This document shows, in pieces, positions 1-13,350 of a stretch of 64,000 nucleotides of DNA. The first letter of the stretch is position 1. Each line of letters begins with the position of its first letter. The notes under the pieces are model-generated. The model did not search any database and was not told the DNA's origin. It was given only the letters and a program-made list of their open reading frames with translations. A program made the position numbers and the translations under genes. The stretch lies in assembly GCA_001662655.1 (NCBI GenBank), contig KV460231.1; one strand, given 5' to 3'. Source of the stretch: Pseudogymnoascus verrucosus. Taxonomy: Eukaryota.

Positions 1-1407
1 CCGTTGAGAACGGCGCCGCCCTTGGGCACGACGCGATCAAATGGGCTGCCGACAGTAGGGTGCATCCGCATCGCTTCTTTGATACAGGCTTGTCTGCAGA
101 AGTCAGTCGCGTCAACCAACCCGAAAGGGGACGTACAGGTAAGGGAGCTTCTGCCCCTCTTGAAATGACAGAACGTCCGATAGGAGACCCTTCGCATCCG
201 CATCCTGAAGCTCCTGTACGAGCGTTACGTATGTGCGTGGAGTCTTGACAAGGTAGTAGAAGATGGCGCGGAGGGCAGTGGAATTGGTATCAACGGCTCC
301 AATACTACAAAGTTAGCGCACACTGGTATAATGGCGAACCACTCACAAGAAGATTAGAATATTGTTCATAATTTCCCTCTCGTCCATGATCGTGCTGTCC
401 TTGAGTTGCTTCTGACGCAGGTACTCAAGGAGGTCGCCGCGCATGTTCGTCGGCTTTTCAAGGTCGTACTTCTTCATTGCAGCATACGCAGTCTGTTCCG
501 TTAGCAAACGATACACCCCTCGAAGGCATGCATACCTGTTGAATCATGTTGATCGGGTTCTTCTCCCAGATCCTATCGAGAATTCCGACGAGGGTTGGAT
601 TGCCGAATAGATATTTATGGGCTGCAGGGAACTGTCCAACTATAGCTCCATAGGTCATGGTAGCCCATCCCGCCCCGATCGCGCCGTTGATATCCCGAGC
701 TTGGTCCATGAAACCGAACATCTCTTGGAATGAGAGGAGACCAGTCAAGTCGAACGAAAACCTAAACGTATCAGTATTAACTCAATAGGAAACCAACGTA
801 CTGACCAGCTCAACCATTCTCCAAAGTCAATTGCGGTCCCTGCGCGTTTGTCCATGTGGGCAACGAAGAGGGGGATACATTTATCAAACAGCGGCTCCAG
901 CTGAAGCATGGATGACAACGAGTACTTGGCCGCGACTGACGACCTCATGATCTTGTGTTGGGCGGCATCACGGCTTGTGAATATATTCTCCATCGACTGC
1001 CCGTCGATTGTGAACGTGAAGCCAGTAATATAACTCGACTGCATCTTGTTAGGTCTCGTCGTTGCAATAGAGTTGGAGCATACCTTCTGATACAAACTCC
1101 CTTGAAGGTAGACTTCAGGAATCATCGCCGCATCTCCGATGGAGACAGCATTGGGTCCAGTCCGGATGATAGGTCCATACTTGTCGTGGAGCTTCTGGTA
1201 TTCGATATGCGAGTCTCCCTTCAGGCTTATATACACCTTGTACAGGCGTGTGAAGCGGGCCAGGAAGGGGCCGGGGAGTTGACGCAGGTGAGGACGGAAA
1301 TATGAGAATAGGCAGCTAACAGAATAGCAAACGGTAATAAAAACGAAGATAACGATATAGAGTTGGGCCGCCCTGAGGCCTATGATCTCCTGGACCGTAG
1401 ACAGCAT
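1..1407 (-). CDS. Cytochrome P450 monooxygenase (multi-exon, 3' end beyond the window)
   Basis: N-terminal TM anchor, then LPGP and 'LHDKYGPIIRTGPN'. I-helix 'IFFIGAVDTNSTALR' near 265-305. K-helix ExxR in 'CIKEAMRMHPTVGSPFDRVVPKGG' near 15-90. The heme Cys motif lies outside the window. Confidence 0.93.
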
Positions 1408-3148
1408 GTTGAAATGTATGAAAGTAATGATATAAATTCAGCTGGATAAACAAATAGTACAGTATAGACCTGATTCTAATGTAAAGCCCGACACACCACC
1501 CTTTATATATTCAGCTGAAAACGAGGGGCAGACTCCAACGAGTGAAGGGGCAAACCAATTGTCATCTTTTGTCTTATCCGGCAAAAGGCAATATACCATA
1601 GTTCCAGCTCTGAAGGACGGTGTGATATTCAGCCAGGACTCACTTCATCCCATCAAGCCCAGCAGCAAAACCCAAGTTCGTCATTGGCTACCAGTCGCCA
1701 CTTCAGTCCGTTCAATAAAATACACGTCGTCACACACAAACATCCTCATCTCGCCCAGTCTGCCATCAAACAGATCCAATAACATCTCCTCCCATCCTCT
1801 CAACTTCAGAGACACGTCACACAGCACCTATCTGGGCGACCCGTCGTGGCATATGCGCCGTGCACTGCACCATCCCCCGCCTGGGAATCCGGACAACAGA
1901 AGAAAGAAAAGCACCTGTAACTCTCCAACCGCATTGTAGCATCGTAACTAGGAAACAACCTTCTTCCCCTCCCGGCAATCCATAACGTCTCATCCAGAAC
2001 ATACACACGCACCCCAAACGCCACCGTCGCAGCGCTAGGACGCCCCGCCTCGTGACAAAGACCAACACCCCACCGGCGTGCAGAGATCGTCCGATCTCTC
2101 TCGTCGATCCGACTCGGTCCATCAGTCTCAGTCGGACCACCATCACGCCGACTGCCCTGCCTTCATCCTGACTCTGCCTCAGCACCTCACCGTCCTTTCT
2201 CGCCCCAAAACAATAAAATAAAGACACGAGGCATCACACAGCGCCCGCAGACCGCCTCCCATCTGTCGCACAGAGTGCATCCCAAGCATTCCACCACCAC
2301 CACGGAGGGGATGGAATGGCCCGACCCCGTTCCACCCGAACCAATACCACGGCCACTGGGTGACGTGTGACCTAACCTCCATCCAAGCGAAGGATCAATC
2401 CATCCCAATAGAGCAATCCCCTCGTCGCATTCCCCCTCTTGCCATGTCAAGCTGAGAGGCGTTCGCGGCCTGGAAGTAAGGGGGTCGATAAATGCGCACT
2501 TCGAGCATAGGCAGCTTACATAAGCGAGGGCCGACCCAGCTTCCAATTCGCTGCCGCCGTGGCGGGTTCGGTGATACTGCTGTTTCTGCGTGATTCTAAA
2601 CGAGGGTAGGTAAACGCGAGGAAGCTGATGCGGTGAGAGAGGGGATAATAGATCATGTCGGTCGATGGCAGGGGGGGTTCGATGGTGTTGCACAGCTGGG
2701 CGATGGCGCTGGGCGTGTCTATCGGAGATAAAATCGATGTTGCGTAACGGAATAGGCAAAGGGGAGGGATTCATTCATTTCCACCCCCCTTCTTGTCACC
2801 GATATCGTGTTATTGGGATCAGCCATGGGACGTTACATACATGTTGTGAACAGTGAGTGTCTCTGGTATGCGGACCTGGCGCAGTTCATATTCCGTCCGT
2901 TTCTACCCGCCGCACCGCTGTCGGTGGTAGTGATGCTAAATTCTCTTCGTGCTGGATTTCTTGACCTCGGCCTCCCCTAAAATGATCTATCCTTCTTCAA
3001 ACGCCCGCACTCCAAACCGCCATTCCAACGCCATACCCTCCCAAAAATCAACCCCCCTCGATGCACGGACTGCCGCTTCCATGTGCGTGCCTCATTCCAC
3101 CCTGTCCATTCAACATGCTCATTCCATAGCCATTGTTGACCCCTCGCA

Positions 3149-4216
3149 TTACTCCCCCTTCTTCCGCCTCCCCTTCTTCTTCGGCTTCTCGTCCGAATCG
3201 CTGTTATCCTCCTCCTCCTTCGTCCGCTTACCCTGTCCTGCGTCAGGACCGTCGGCGATCTTACTCACGATATCGTTAAGGAAATCGAATTGCTCATCAG
3301 CCTCGATCGCTTTCTTGAGGTGTACGGCGGTCACGCGCTTCGAGTTCGTGCTGCGCGCCAGAGAGGCTGATTTGGTGACGAGGGAGATCATGAAGAGTTC
3401 CAATGCTTTAGCTGGTGGGGTGTTAGTCACTTGTATTTCATCGGTGGGGGTAGTGGAGCACGTACAAACTGCAACCGGTGTGACCTGGGCCACCTTGCCC
3501 ACCTCCTCATCAGCCTGCATTATCCGCTTTATCCTCGCAACAGGAAACTTCGTCTTGATCTCAATACCCTGGCTGGCTCCAAGGTGCGGTTTGACATCCT
3601 CGCTGATGCCAGGTGCGGCGGCGACGCGCTCACGCTTCACGCGTCCTGTCATCGCGTCGTCGCTGGTCTCGGATTTGATGTGAAGTTGTTCGTGTAGTTG
3701 CTGGTGCGGCGCCTGCGGTTGCTGCAGTGGCTGCGGCGGCGGTGGTTGATAAGTAAGAGCTTGTTGGGGGAGTGAATATGACTGCCGCGAGTAATTCTGC
3801 GGCGGCGAGTGCGCTTGTGAATATGGCACTGTCGGAGCCTGGTACGCCGGGCTGGTGTACTGCCCTTGCCCTCTCGGTGACTGAAACGTATGTGTAGGCG
3901 GTAGGTCTGGGATGGGCGGCAGGTAACTGGAATTCCGGCGGCTGTCTCCAAAGCCCTGGTACTGCTGCGGCGAGGGGGGAACCTGGTAGCCTGAGCTGGA
4001 CGAGATGCTGCTGCGCTGGGCCGTGGCGTTGTTGCTCTGGGGGCTCGTGAAGTCCGGCAGTCGCGGTGAGCGGGGCGTGTAGGTAGAGGTCTGGGGTTCG
4101 TGGTGGTGCTGTTGCTGTTGTTGGTGCGGACGGTGCTGCTGCACGGGCGTCGTTGTCGAGGATTGAAAGGATGAGAGATCGGGAGATTGCGGTGCGTAGG
4201 TACCGTCGGCCGGCAT
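3149..4216 (-). CDS. BUR6: NC2 alpha subunit (Bur6/DRAP1 histone-fold protein) with a long Q/P/S-rich N-terminus
   Basis: 'KTKFPVARIKRIMQADEEVGKVAQVTPVAV(S)KALELFMISLV...HLKKAIEADEQFDFL' histone fold. One in-frame intron of about 54 nt (GTACGT...CTAAC...CAG, ~3413-3466). Start taken at MPADG (4216). Confidence 0.88.
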   Translation of the reverse strand: MPADGTYAPQSPDLSSFQSSTTTPVQQHRPHQQQQQHHHEPQTSTYTPRSPRLPDFTSPQSNNATAQRSSISSSSGYQVPPSPQQYQGFGDSRRNSSYLPPIPDLPPTHTFQSPRGQGQYTSPAYQAPTVPYSQAHSPPQNYSRQSYSLPQQALTYQPPPPQPLQQPQAPHQQLHEQLHIKSETSDDAMTGRVKRERVAAAPGISEDVKPHLGASQGIEIKTKFPVARIKRIMQADEEVGKVAQVTPVAVCTCSTTPTDEIQVTNTPPAKALELFMISLVTKSASLARSTNSKRVTAVHLKKAIEADEQFDFLNDIVSKIADGPDAGQGKRTKEEEDNSDSDEKPKKKGRRKKGE

Positions 4217-6204
4217 ATTGGGGGAAGGAGAAGAGAGCGAAGCAAAGGCGGCAGGGCAGGCAGTCAGGCCCGAACCCGCAAAAAGTGAGAAAGAACGCGT
4301 CCGTGGGTGGTGCGGAGTGGAGATGCGGGTGGCTGGTGCGCAGGAGCTAATGCAGCTCAAAGTTGCTGTGGCTGACGCGGGTAGGGTATATTGGGTTTGT
4401 TTGATTGTGTGGAAGAGCAGATGATGTCCAGTACGTTCGTTCAGTTCAGTACAGTAACAGCAATCGTACTGGCTGACTGGGGGTTGGCAAAATGATTTTG
4501 CTCAATCGCGGTTGCCCTCAGCGTCTCGACATGCCAATTGAGGCCGTCGCGGTTGTGCTGGGTCTCAAAGTGTCTTGTCTGACGATACCCGCTCTCTGTG
4601 CGCGCCGACGTCAATAAAAATGTCCGTGTGGCGCCTGAGAAACTCGAAAAACAAGAATAAAATTAAAATAGAGTTAAAAAGCGGCACAACTGTCTCCAAA
4701 TTCACTCCTTTCTCTCAGGCGGTGTGTAAATTGAGAATTGGTGATTGGTGATTGGTGGGTAAATATAATGCACGTGATTGGTTGTTGATTGAGGTGATGA
4801 TTTTGATGTTCTTTGATGTAGTATTGGTATTAGCGTGGTATTGGTGTGGCTGTGCACGCTTGCCGGCGGGTGGATTTTCCGATTTTCCGGTTTTTCCCAG
4901 AGATTTTTTTGTGATTTGGGTTGATTTGGAGCGGGGAGGGTGCTGCATTATTATATGCTAGGGACGTCCGACGCGACCATCGACCGGGATCCTGCGCTTT
5001 AGGCTACTTTGGGTTAAACGCCGATTCAACTACCCACGAACGTCACCATCTTATTTTTACAAGGGGAGAGGCTAATTTCATCCCCATTCATCTATCAACA
5101 ATCATCATTCACAGAAACCATATCATACCCAATTTTATATCCCGACAATGGCGTCATCATCAAAGTATCTCTCTCTATTGCATCGTTGTTAAGTTGCCTT
5201 TGTCGGTTTCTATATCTTGTACTGTGTACTACTGTCACCAAAACAAAGAACCTCGCGACGCGATCTGCGCCGCCGAACGCGCGTTTGTTTGCCCTTACTT
5301 CCCGCGTCAGCAAGGCTGCCACTGTCGCTGTCGCTATCCGCCTGCATCAATATAGGTATCTGCGATGATTCCCACCCATCTCTTTCTGTGTTTCACATTC
5401 CATGTCTCATCCTGGTCCCGTTGAGTGATGATGACAAAGAGCCTACCAGAGACCACCTGAGTCCGAAGCCCGACGTTGCGTTTGCGGTTTCTGCTCTACA
5501 TCGTGGTCGCGTGAAGGAGTAACTTGATCTAATCTGACAACATCTTCGCCCCTATCGAAAGTATCGAGAATATTCCGGGGTCTTTTCCATCCATACTCTT
5601 TTCATTTGTTGTTGATGTCAGCTTCATGAGCTTGACGCGACAAATGTGTGAGACCTTCTTTATCAAAATCACCTCAGCCCAACGGTTAGGATACTAAATT
5701 TATTCCATGGCATGAAACCGTTCTGGAGTATATATTGCTTGCACTGCGACTGTCTACAATTGACACAGACATATCATGACAATGCCTACCTTGAGCACAA
5801 CTGTGAGTACCCAAAAAGGATGGCCGTTCAAGACAGCATCCAGGCGCATTTCTTCTCTCAAATTGGAGTAAATCAGCCTAACCTGACTGCTCGTTTTCTT
5901 TATCATTTTCAATATCTCATCTCTGCCGCTACACATGCCAGTCTGTTATGGAACCGCACATACTTTTCTATTCTCCTCTATTCGAGACTATCAACGTCGA
6001 AACCAAACACTCTCAGCCAAAGGAATAAAGAAAGGTTTGCTATCTGCTAGGCATGTATATGAGCACCACGATCCTGTCCCTCAGATATCAACGAAGTCTC
6101 CGTCCCAGAGCACATCCACATATTCCCTCAAGTCATACTCCCTCAACGCCTTTCTACATTCCCCTTCCGTCCAGCATCGGTAATACGCCACCGGAGACCT
6201 CAAG

Positions 6205-7119
6205 ATGGAAACCGAACAGCCAGGAAGCGAAGAGCTTAATTTCTTTCACAAAGACAATGTCCGGTTCAAGACTTTGGACAGCATCAGAGAATCCATCTCG
6301 GAACTGTACGTCTCCATCAAAGACAACTACGTGGGTTCAAACAACGCCACAACCTCCGAGACTCCCCTCTGGATCATCGCCAGATCATCAGGGAAGAACT
6401 AGTCTGCAATGAGGCTGAAGCCGACAAGGCGGAAGCGCTTGTCTCCCGTCTTTATTCTGAGATGCTACTGATCTGCGATAGCGTGGAGGCTGAGAGCGAT
6501 AGCGAGAAGGCCCCAAGCGAGGTCGAGGAGGAGGAGGAGGAGATGGTGGACGAGGTGAACAATCAGGAAATGGAAGTTCTCGGTTCATATGACATGCAGG
6601 AAAATGCGGGGAGACACTCTACGGAATATCTACGGAATATGGGCGGAAGTGGTCGGTTCCTATGACATGCGGAAAGATATGAAGGAATATTCTGAGAAAT
6701 GGTCGGAGGTGTTGTGGATTATCGAGAGGATCTTCGGAGTTTTCGCGGCGAAATCAGACCAGCTTCGGGAGTTCTTGAATGGGATGGAGACGGTGAGATC
6801 GGCATTGATTGAGGAATTGGTGGACGGAACGCAGGGGGGAACAGACCTCTTCCATGAGATTCTAGCCGAGAGATTGCAGAAGTTTGGAATAGAGGAGATT
6901 GAAGATGTGCTGGACAAGTTCGTGGCGTCGAAGGCGTACGAGGCGGAGGAGGTGGAGAAGACGCGAAAAGAGTCGGAGGGATCAAAGGTGCTTGATATAG
7001 CGCGGGACGAGATCAGGGAAGTGTTTGAAGCATTGAAGAACGAGTTGGAGGAATTGAAGAAGGAGTCGGAGGAATTGAGGGACGAGTTGGACGTGTTGAA
7101 GAGAGGTGAGGGGCATTGA
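6205..7119 (+). pseudogene. Acidic coiled-coil hypothetical protein, apparently frame-disrupted
   Basis: Coding-like E/K-rich sequence is split over three ORFs (6205-6402, 6462-6665, 6589-7119). The motif EV(L/V)GSYDM recurs in two different frames. Confidence 0.45.
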
Positions 7120-7736
7120 AGGAGTACGAGATGAAGTAGTTGGCCAAAATTCGAGGGCGACTGAGGCCGGAGGGTATTGGGAGGGGTGTGCTTCTGTTCA
7201 TTCCTGTTTTTGGGATTCCATTGATTTTTCGCGAATTGGGGGATATCCCTGGCCTTGAGTCAACTTCGTGCAATTGGCAAAGCCATGGGGCGTGCATTTT
7301 AGAGTAGTCCTATGAGAGATTTTGAGTCTGTTTCCCTATTCCAAACTTGCATCGTTGAAGAACATAAATAACGGATATGCTACGCACCGGGGATTTGTAG
7401 ATCCGCGTCTGGACACATTGATTCACCAAATAAACCGCGATAATAACAGACAAAAATTCATTCCCAGTTCTATTCCCAAACCAGTCGTTGGCCTCATATA
7501 TAATAGTATCTATCATCTGCCGCAACCGCACAGACAAAGGCAGACACCCTTGAAAGCACGGAGACAGACGCCCATGATTCATTTTATCCCCTCCAATTAC
7601 GAAATCATAAATTCGCCTTCAGGGCCGGATGAGTCCTTGCAATATTTGAAATTCAAGTAACCCTTGCAGTCCAGGTACCCGTTATAAACCCCTACCCACG
7701 CCCGCGCCTCCCTACGTACTCCTGCAACCACACCCT

Positions 7737-9799
7737 TTACGTAGCTACGCCCTCCGAGCGCTCTCCCAGTCCCAAAGCCTGAGCCTGAGCATCTAGATCC
7801 GCAATCTCCCCCGTAATCTTGTCCAGGCATCCCGACGCCGCAGCAACGAAGCCGAGATATGGCCTGCTGGGGCTGAGAACACGCGACAGATACTCAGGGT
7901 GGTACTGCACACCGACGAACCAAGGGTGATCCTTGATCTCCACAACTTCCATGCGCTCGCCCTTGTCGTCCTTTCCGACGAATGTGAGGCCGCCAGCCGC
8001 AAGGCGCTCAACATACTCGGGGTTGACCTCGTATCTGTGGCGATGGCGCTCGTGGATCTCCGTACGGTCGCCGTACAGCTTACGCAGGCGCGACCACTCC
8101 GACCCAGGCTGGAAAATAGTTGGGCGGATACCCAGGCGCATGGTGCCGCCCATGGCGGAGCGGTCGACCTCGGGCATGAATAGGACGATGGGTTCGGCGC
8201 ATTGCTCGGAGAGCTCTGTGGACGAGGCACCCTCGAGACCGCACACATGGCGCGCAAACTCGATGACGGCAAGCTGCATACCGAGGCAGATACCGAGGTA
8301 GGGGACTTTCTGCGTGCGAGCCCACTGGGCGGCTTTGATCATGCCCTCAGTGCCGCGGATGCCGAAACCACCTGGAACGAGAATACCATCCGCAGTGCAG
8401 ACCTGGTGCCAGGCAGCGTGGAAACCTGCTGGGCGTGCGGTCTTGGCATCGTCCTCCAGGTCAGAAGCGTCAACCCATTGGAGTTCGAGCTTCTTGTGGC
8501 AGCGCATGGCCGAGTGCTCAAGCGACTTGATGACGGAGAGGTACGAGTCGTGCAGGTTGGTGTACTTGCCGACCAGGGCGATGGTGACGGTCTCGAAGAG
8601 GCGGTCCTGAGACGTCGTGAGCGTCTTCCACTCCGCCCAGGTGCGCTGACCGCGGCTGATGAGGTGCTCTGACTTTGTCACGGCATCGAGTTTAAGGATG
8701 TCGCGAACAGTCGTGATGAGGCCCTGCTTCTCAAGAAGCAGGGGGACGTGGTAGGTCGAAGCCACGTTGTGCACTGCGATGACCTGCTCAGGCTCAACCT
8801 GGCAGAACATGGCGATCTTGTTTGTCGTCGCCTTCTCGAGCGGGACGTCACAACGGCATGCGATCTGATATCGTTAGCCAGCACCAACCCAACTAGAAAC
8901 GCAGACTTACCAAGTCTGGGCTCAGCCCAGCGCTTCTCGCATCCTTAATCGCTGCCTGGGTTGGCTTTGTCTTCTGCTCTCCCTGGATGACTGGGACAAG
9001 CGAGACGTGGATCTGGAGGAAGTTATCTTTTCCGGCCCTGCGTCTCAGCTGGCGCATCGCCTCAATGAAGGGCGCGCTCTCAATATCTCCCACGGTTCCG
9101 CCCAACTCAATGATGCACACATCCGGTGCCTCGTTCGTGTCGTCGACAGGGACGCGTGCGACGCGCTCAATCCAGTCCTGGATCGCGTCCGTCAGGTGGG
9201 GGACGACCTGCACGGTACGTCCAAGGTAGTCGCCGCGACGCTCACGCTCAATGACATGCTGGTAAATCTTTCCCGTCGTGATGTTGTTCTCGCGCGTCAG
9301 CGTGATGTTGAGGTAGCGCTCGTAGTTTCCAAGATCGAGATCGACCTCACCGCCATCGTCCAAAACGAAGACTTCACCGTGCCTTGGGAGAATGGTCAGC
9401 TCGACTCTTGTCTGCCTTACAACAAGAGTTCAACTTACTCGGTGGGTGCCATGGTTCCGGCATCGACGTTCATGTAAGGATCGATCTTTATGCTCGTAAC
9501 CTTGAGCCCAATGGTCTTGAGCAACAACCCGGTGGAAGAGGCTGCACCAAGCGCAATCAGCCTGCCATTCCCTCACACCACAGCCGCAAACGCGCAATAG
9601 AACTCACCAATGACGCCCTTTCCAATCCCGGAGATGACTCCTATAAACTACGTCAGCAAAATTCTCGTTCTCAAAGTCTTCATGCCGTGCAATGGCCCCT
9701 CCCCCATGGTGCTCTTGTGACTCCACCAACACATTTAAAGCCACAACAGTGAATAAAAAGGTATTATCACATACCTCCAGATACCAAAACATACTTCAT
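7737..9799 (-). CDS. URA7: CTP synthase
   Basis: [17 protein letters not shown] start, '[16 protein letters not shown]', '[11 protein letters not shown]', 'KTKPTQ', glutaminase motifs 'GICLG' and 'QYHPE'. Several GT-AG introns. Confidence 0.98.
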
Positions 9800-10216
9800 C
9801 GTTCTGGCAGTTATTAATTTCGTAGTAATGCCCTTTCCCAGCTCCTGGCTGAGGGGGGAAGGAGAGAAGGGAAGAGAGAAGGCCTCACCCGCTTCTCAGA
9901 TATTTTGTTTTCTGGTGGGGCGCGACTCAAGGCAGCCACTAATCCCTTATCGGACGAACAAGGCTGAATTTCAGCCTGCACATAGATCATGTGATTTATG
10001 CAAGGGGCCCGCTTATTGTTGACATTTGCACAAAAAAGAGCTTGAGATTCCGATCGGAGCGGAGAGAGTAGGAATTTCTCTTATCGGCGTTTTTGAAATT
10101 CACTTATCGCACACATAACCACCACCAAAAGTCCAAGCTTCGCCTACTCCCCCACCAAACCCCTCCATTCCTCCACAACAACAACCACCCCATTGTCCAT
10201 TCGAAATCAACACAGA
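9800..10216. promoter_or_regulatory. Bidirectional promoter between CTP synthase and adenylosuccinate lyase
   Basis: 417 bp between divergent ATGs. Three CTTATCG (GATA-core) motifs at ~9946, ~10080 and ~10103. Confidence 0.6.
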
Positions 10217-12076
10217 ATGGCTGACAACGAAGCAGGCCTCAAGGCCCAGATTGCTGAGATGCAGCAGAAACTCGACCAGCTGAAGACCACGGCTACGTCG
10301 TCCAGCTATGACGCCTACCAGACCTCGTTGACTGGGCGCTACTGTAGCCCGGAAATGTCCAAACTCTTCAGCCAACGTTCCCGTCACTCGACCTGGCGCA
10401 AGCTTTGGCTGTACCTTGCCGAGAGCGAGCATGAGATCGGCATCGAGACCATCACGCCGGAGGCCCTGGACCAGATGAGGGCTCACCTCGAATTGACCGA
10501 CGCTGACTTTGAGGTCGCTCGGGTGGAGGAGAAGAAGCGTCGTCACGATGTCATGGCCCATGTCCATGCCTTTGGGGCTGTTGCACCGGCAGCAGCTGGC
10601 ATCATTCATTACGGAGTAAGTATTTGTGACCTCATACCTGCACCTTTGTCATTGTGGAACATGGCGTTTTATTCATCCGTTACTGTTCCCAAAGAGATAC
10701 TTTGCTGACTCTCATTTACAACAGGCAACAAGCTGCTACGTCACTGATAACACGGAGCTGATGCTCATGAGAGACGGTATTGACCTTCTTCTCCCGAAAC
10801 TGGCAAAGGTTATTTGGAACTTGGCCCAGTTCGCCATGCAGTGGAAGGCAGAGCCAACTCTGGCTTATACTCATCTCCAGCCCGGTCCGTATACATAATG
10901 AAACCTTTCAAGATTTTCCTTGGGATATTTGCTGACACCTATTCCCAATAGCCCAGCTGATCACTGTTGGAAAGCGTGCTGCACAGTGGGCACAGGACCT
11001 CATGTTTGACCTGGAGAATATCGAGCATGTTCGAAATGAACTAAAGTTCAGAGGTACGTCCATCAAGTTCACCTCCCAGGGTTACATATATTCCTGGGGG
11101 AGATTAAAAACATGAATCTTCTCGAACAATATCTGACAATGGTCTTCATCAGGTGCTCAGGGAACTACTGGCACTCAGGCATCCTTCATGGAAATCTTTG
11201 GCGACGACACCGCCAAGTGCGACAAGCTTAACGAGCTGCTCTGCAAGAAGACTGGCTTCTCCGAGTGCTACGATGTCTCAACTCAGACATATACGCGCAA
11301 GGTTGACCTGATCGTTGCCAATGCCATTGCCGGTCTCGGATCCACTGCCCAGAAGATCGCTGGTGATATTCGCCATCTGGCAACATTCAAGGAGATTGAG
11401 GAGCCGTTTGAGAAGGACCAAAGTAAGAAACTTCCAAGAATGATAGAGGTCAGAGCTAACATTTATAGTTGGATCATCTGCCATGTCTTACAAGCGCAAC
11501 CCGATGCGATCTGAGAGAATCTACAGTCTTGCTCGCGAGCTGATGTCGAAGCCGGCAAGCTTTGCCGCTACCCACTCGGATCAGTGGATGGAGCGCTCAT
11601 TGGATGATTCCGCCATCCGCCGCATGGATATCCCAGAGACCTTCCTCCTTGCAGATGCAATCCTTATTGGCCTTGACAACGTATCCAATGGATTGGTCGT
11701 GTACCCCAACCGCGTCAACGCCCGTGTTCAGGAGGAGCTCCCGTTCATGATCACCGAGAGCATCATTATGAAACTGGTTGCGCTGGGAGAGTCGAGGCAG
11801 GAAGCTCATGAACAGATCCGTGTTCTGTCACACCAAGCTGGCCGCTCCGTTAAGAATGACGGCAAGCCAAATGACTTGGTCGCCAGGATCAAGGCCACCG
11901 AGTTCTTCAAGCCAATCTGGGCTGGACTCGACGACATGCTCAAGGCAGAGTTGTATACCGGCCGCAGCGTTGAGATTGTCGAGCGCTTCTGCGCGGAGGG
12001 AGGTGTTTTGGACAAGAAGATCAAGCCATACAAGGCATTCATCGAGAAGGCGACCACGGCCGAACTCAGTGTCTGA
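10217..12076 (+). CDS. ADE13: Adenylosuccinate lyase
   Basis: '[12 protein letters not shown]', 'IIHYG|ATSC', 'YTHLQPAQ', 'TQTYTRK' and the fumarase-family signature '[16 protein letters not shown]'. Four introns. Confidence 0.98.
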
Positions 12077-12450
12077 TTTTCCTCGATACCCCTCACCCAG
12101 CTGCCTCAGCGGCTTTACAAGTGGTACGCTATCGGCCCGCCAAAGTTGAATCAGGAATCATGCCTATCCGCCAATCGCCGGGAAGAAGAGACGAGCAGTT
12201 CCCATTATTCATGCCTCTATTTTAGAATTGGCCATATTGTAGTAATTGGAAAAAATGCTACTATCCCCTTGAATTCTTTAGTTTTTACAACAAACAGTGA
12301 ACTCCGGTTGTGACAACGGACTAGAAACAAACGAACTTATGTTTATCATCCGATAGTCGACACCGGACCAGGACGAGATGTCCCACCCACAAAACTCGCC
12401 CAGACCACGACCCATACACTTCTCTAGCCGTGAGAACCCCCCCCCCTCCT

Positions 12451-13350
12451 TCACAACACCGTATCCGACGGCATAGTGCCACGATATTTATATATATCTC
12501 TCTGGTTCGCCCACTCCCTCAACCTATCAATATCTGTACACTGATGCACCCCGCCCCACCCCGGATGCCCCGTATCCCCCTCCAGACTCGTGTCTGCATT
12601 ACACAGTATGGCCTGGCGGATATAGTCAAAACAGTGCACAGAGTGGAACGCGACCTCGTTCGATGGCACCTTATCCGTGAAAGCAGTTTGGAAGGCCACC
12701 GCGAGGTATGACTGAACACCGTTAGCTGGCAGTCGTCGGGAGGGAGGAGTGGGCAGACCAGGCAGTGCAGCTGGTGGAATACGGAAAGCATGTATGCCGG
12801 CTCCGTGTGGGTGTTGTTGACGTTCATCTCATACCCTTTCCCTAGTCCATACTTTTCGGCATCCTCGATTTTGACATATCCCCTCCCATCTACCTTTTAT
12901 TAGCCCAAACTCAACCTCCAAGCGTAAGGTTGAAACAGGAAAATAGACGCACCAGCGCTCAACTCAATCCAGTTATGCAGCGTCTCCAGCGCTGCCGACT
13001 CGTTCGCAAACATCCCATCGTGCAAGTACCGCTCGTTAGGCTGAAACGTTACCGTCGTTTTTGGCCCTGCATCTCGTCAGCCTGTACTGTCCCTATGAGT
13101 AGGAACACATACACGTCGGCACCGGCGATGGCTTCTTCCCATCCGCCTCCCCCCGCTGCCATCCTCGAAGAAGCAACGCTACAATCGCACCCGCCATTAC
13201 AACTTCCGCCAGAATCCTCACCCACGCCGTCCACTTTCTCGTACTGGGCTCATCTTCTTCTACCTTCATCTTTAGTAGCACATCCTCGCTCGACTCTCCC
13301 GCCAGAAATGGGCGTTGCGCTTCCGCATCATGGGCGCGCTTATCTGCCAT
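12451..13350 (-). CDS. UstYa-like / DUF3328 oxidase
   Basis: N-terminal TM segment. Two HxxHC motifs ('VFHQLHCL', 'HSVHCFDYIRQAILCNADTSLEG') and 'GWGGVHQC'. Three GT-AG introns that splice in frame. Confidence 0.92.

Noticed and set aside
2949..3683. Long antisense ORFs opposite BUR6 (and similarly 32252-33070 and 26964-27680)
   Set aside because: They are shadows of codon bias in real genes on the other strand.
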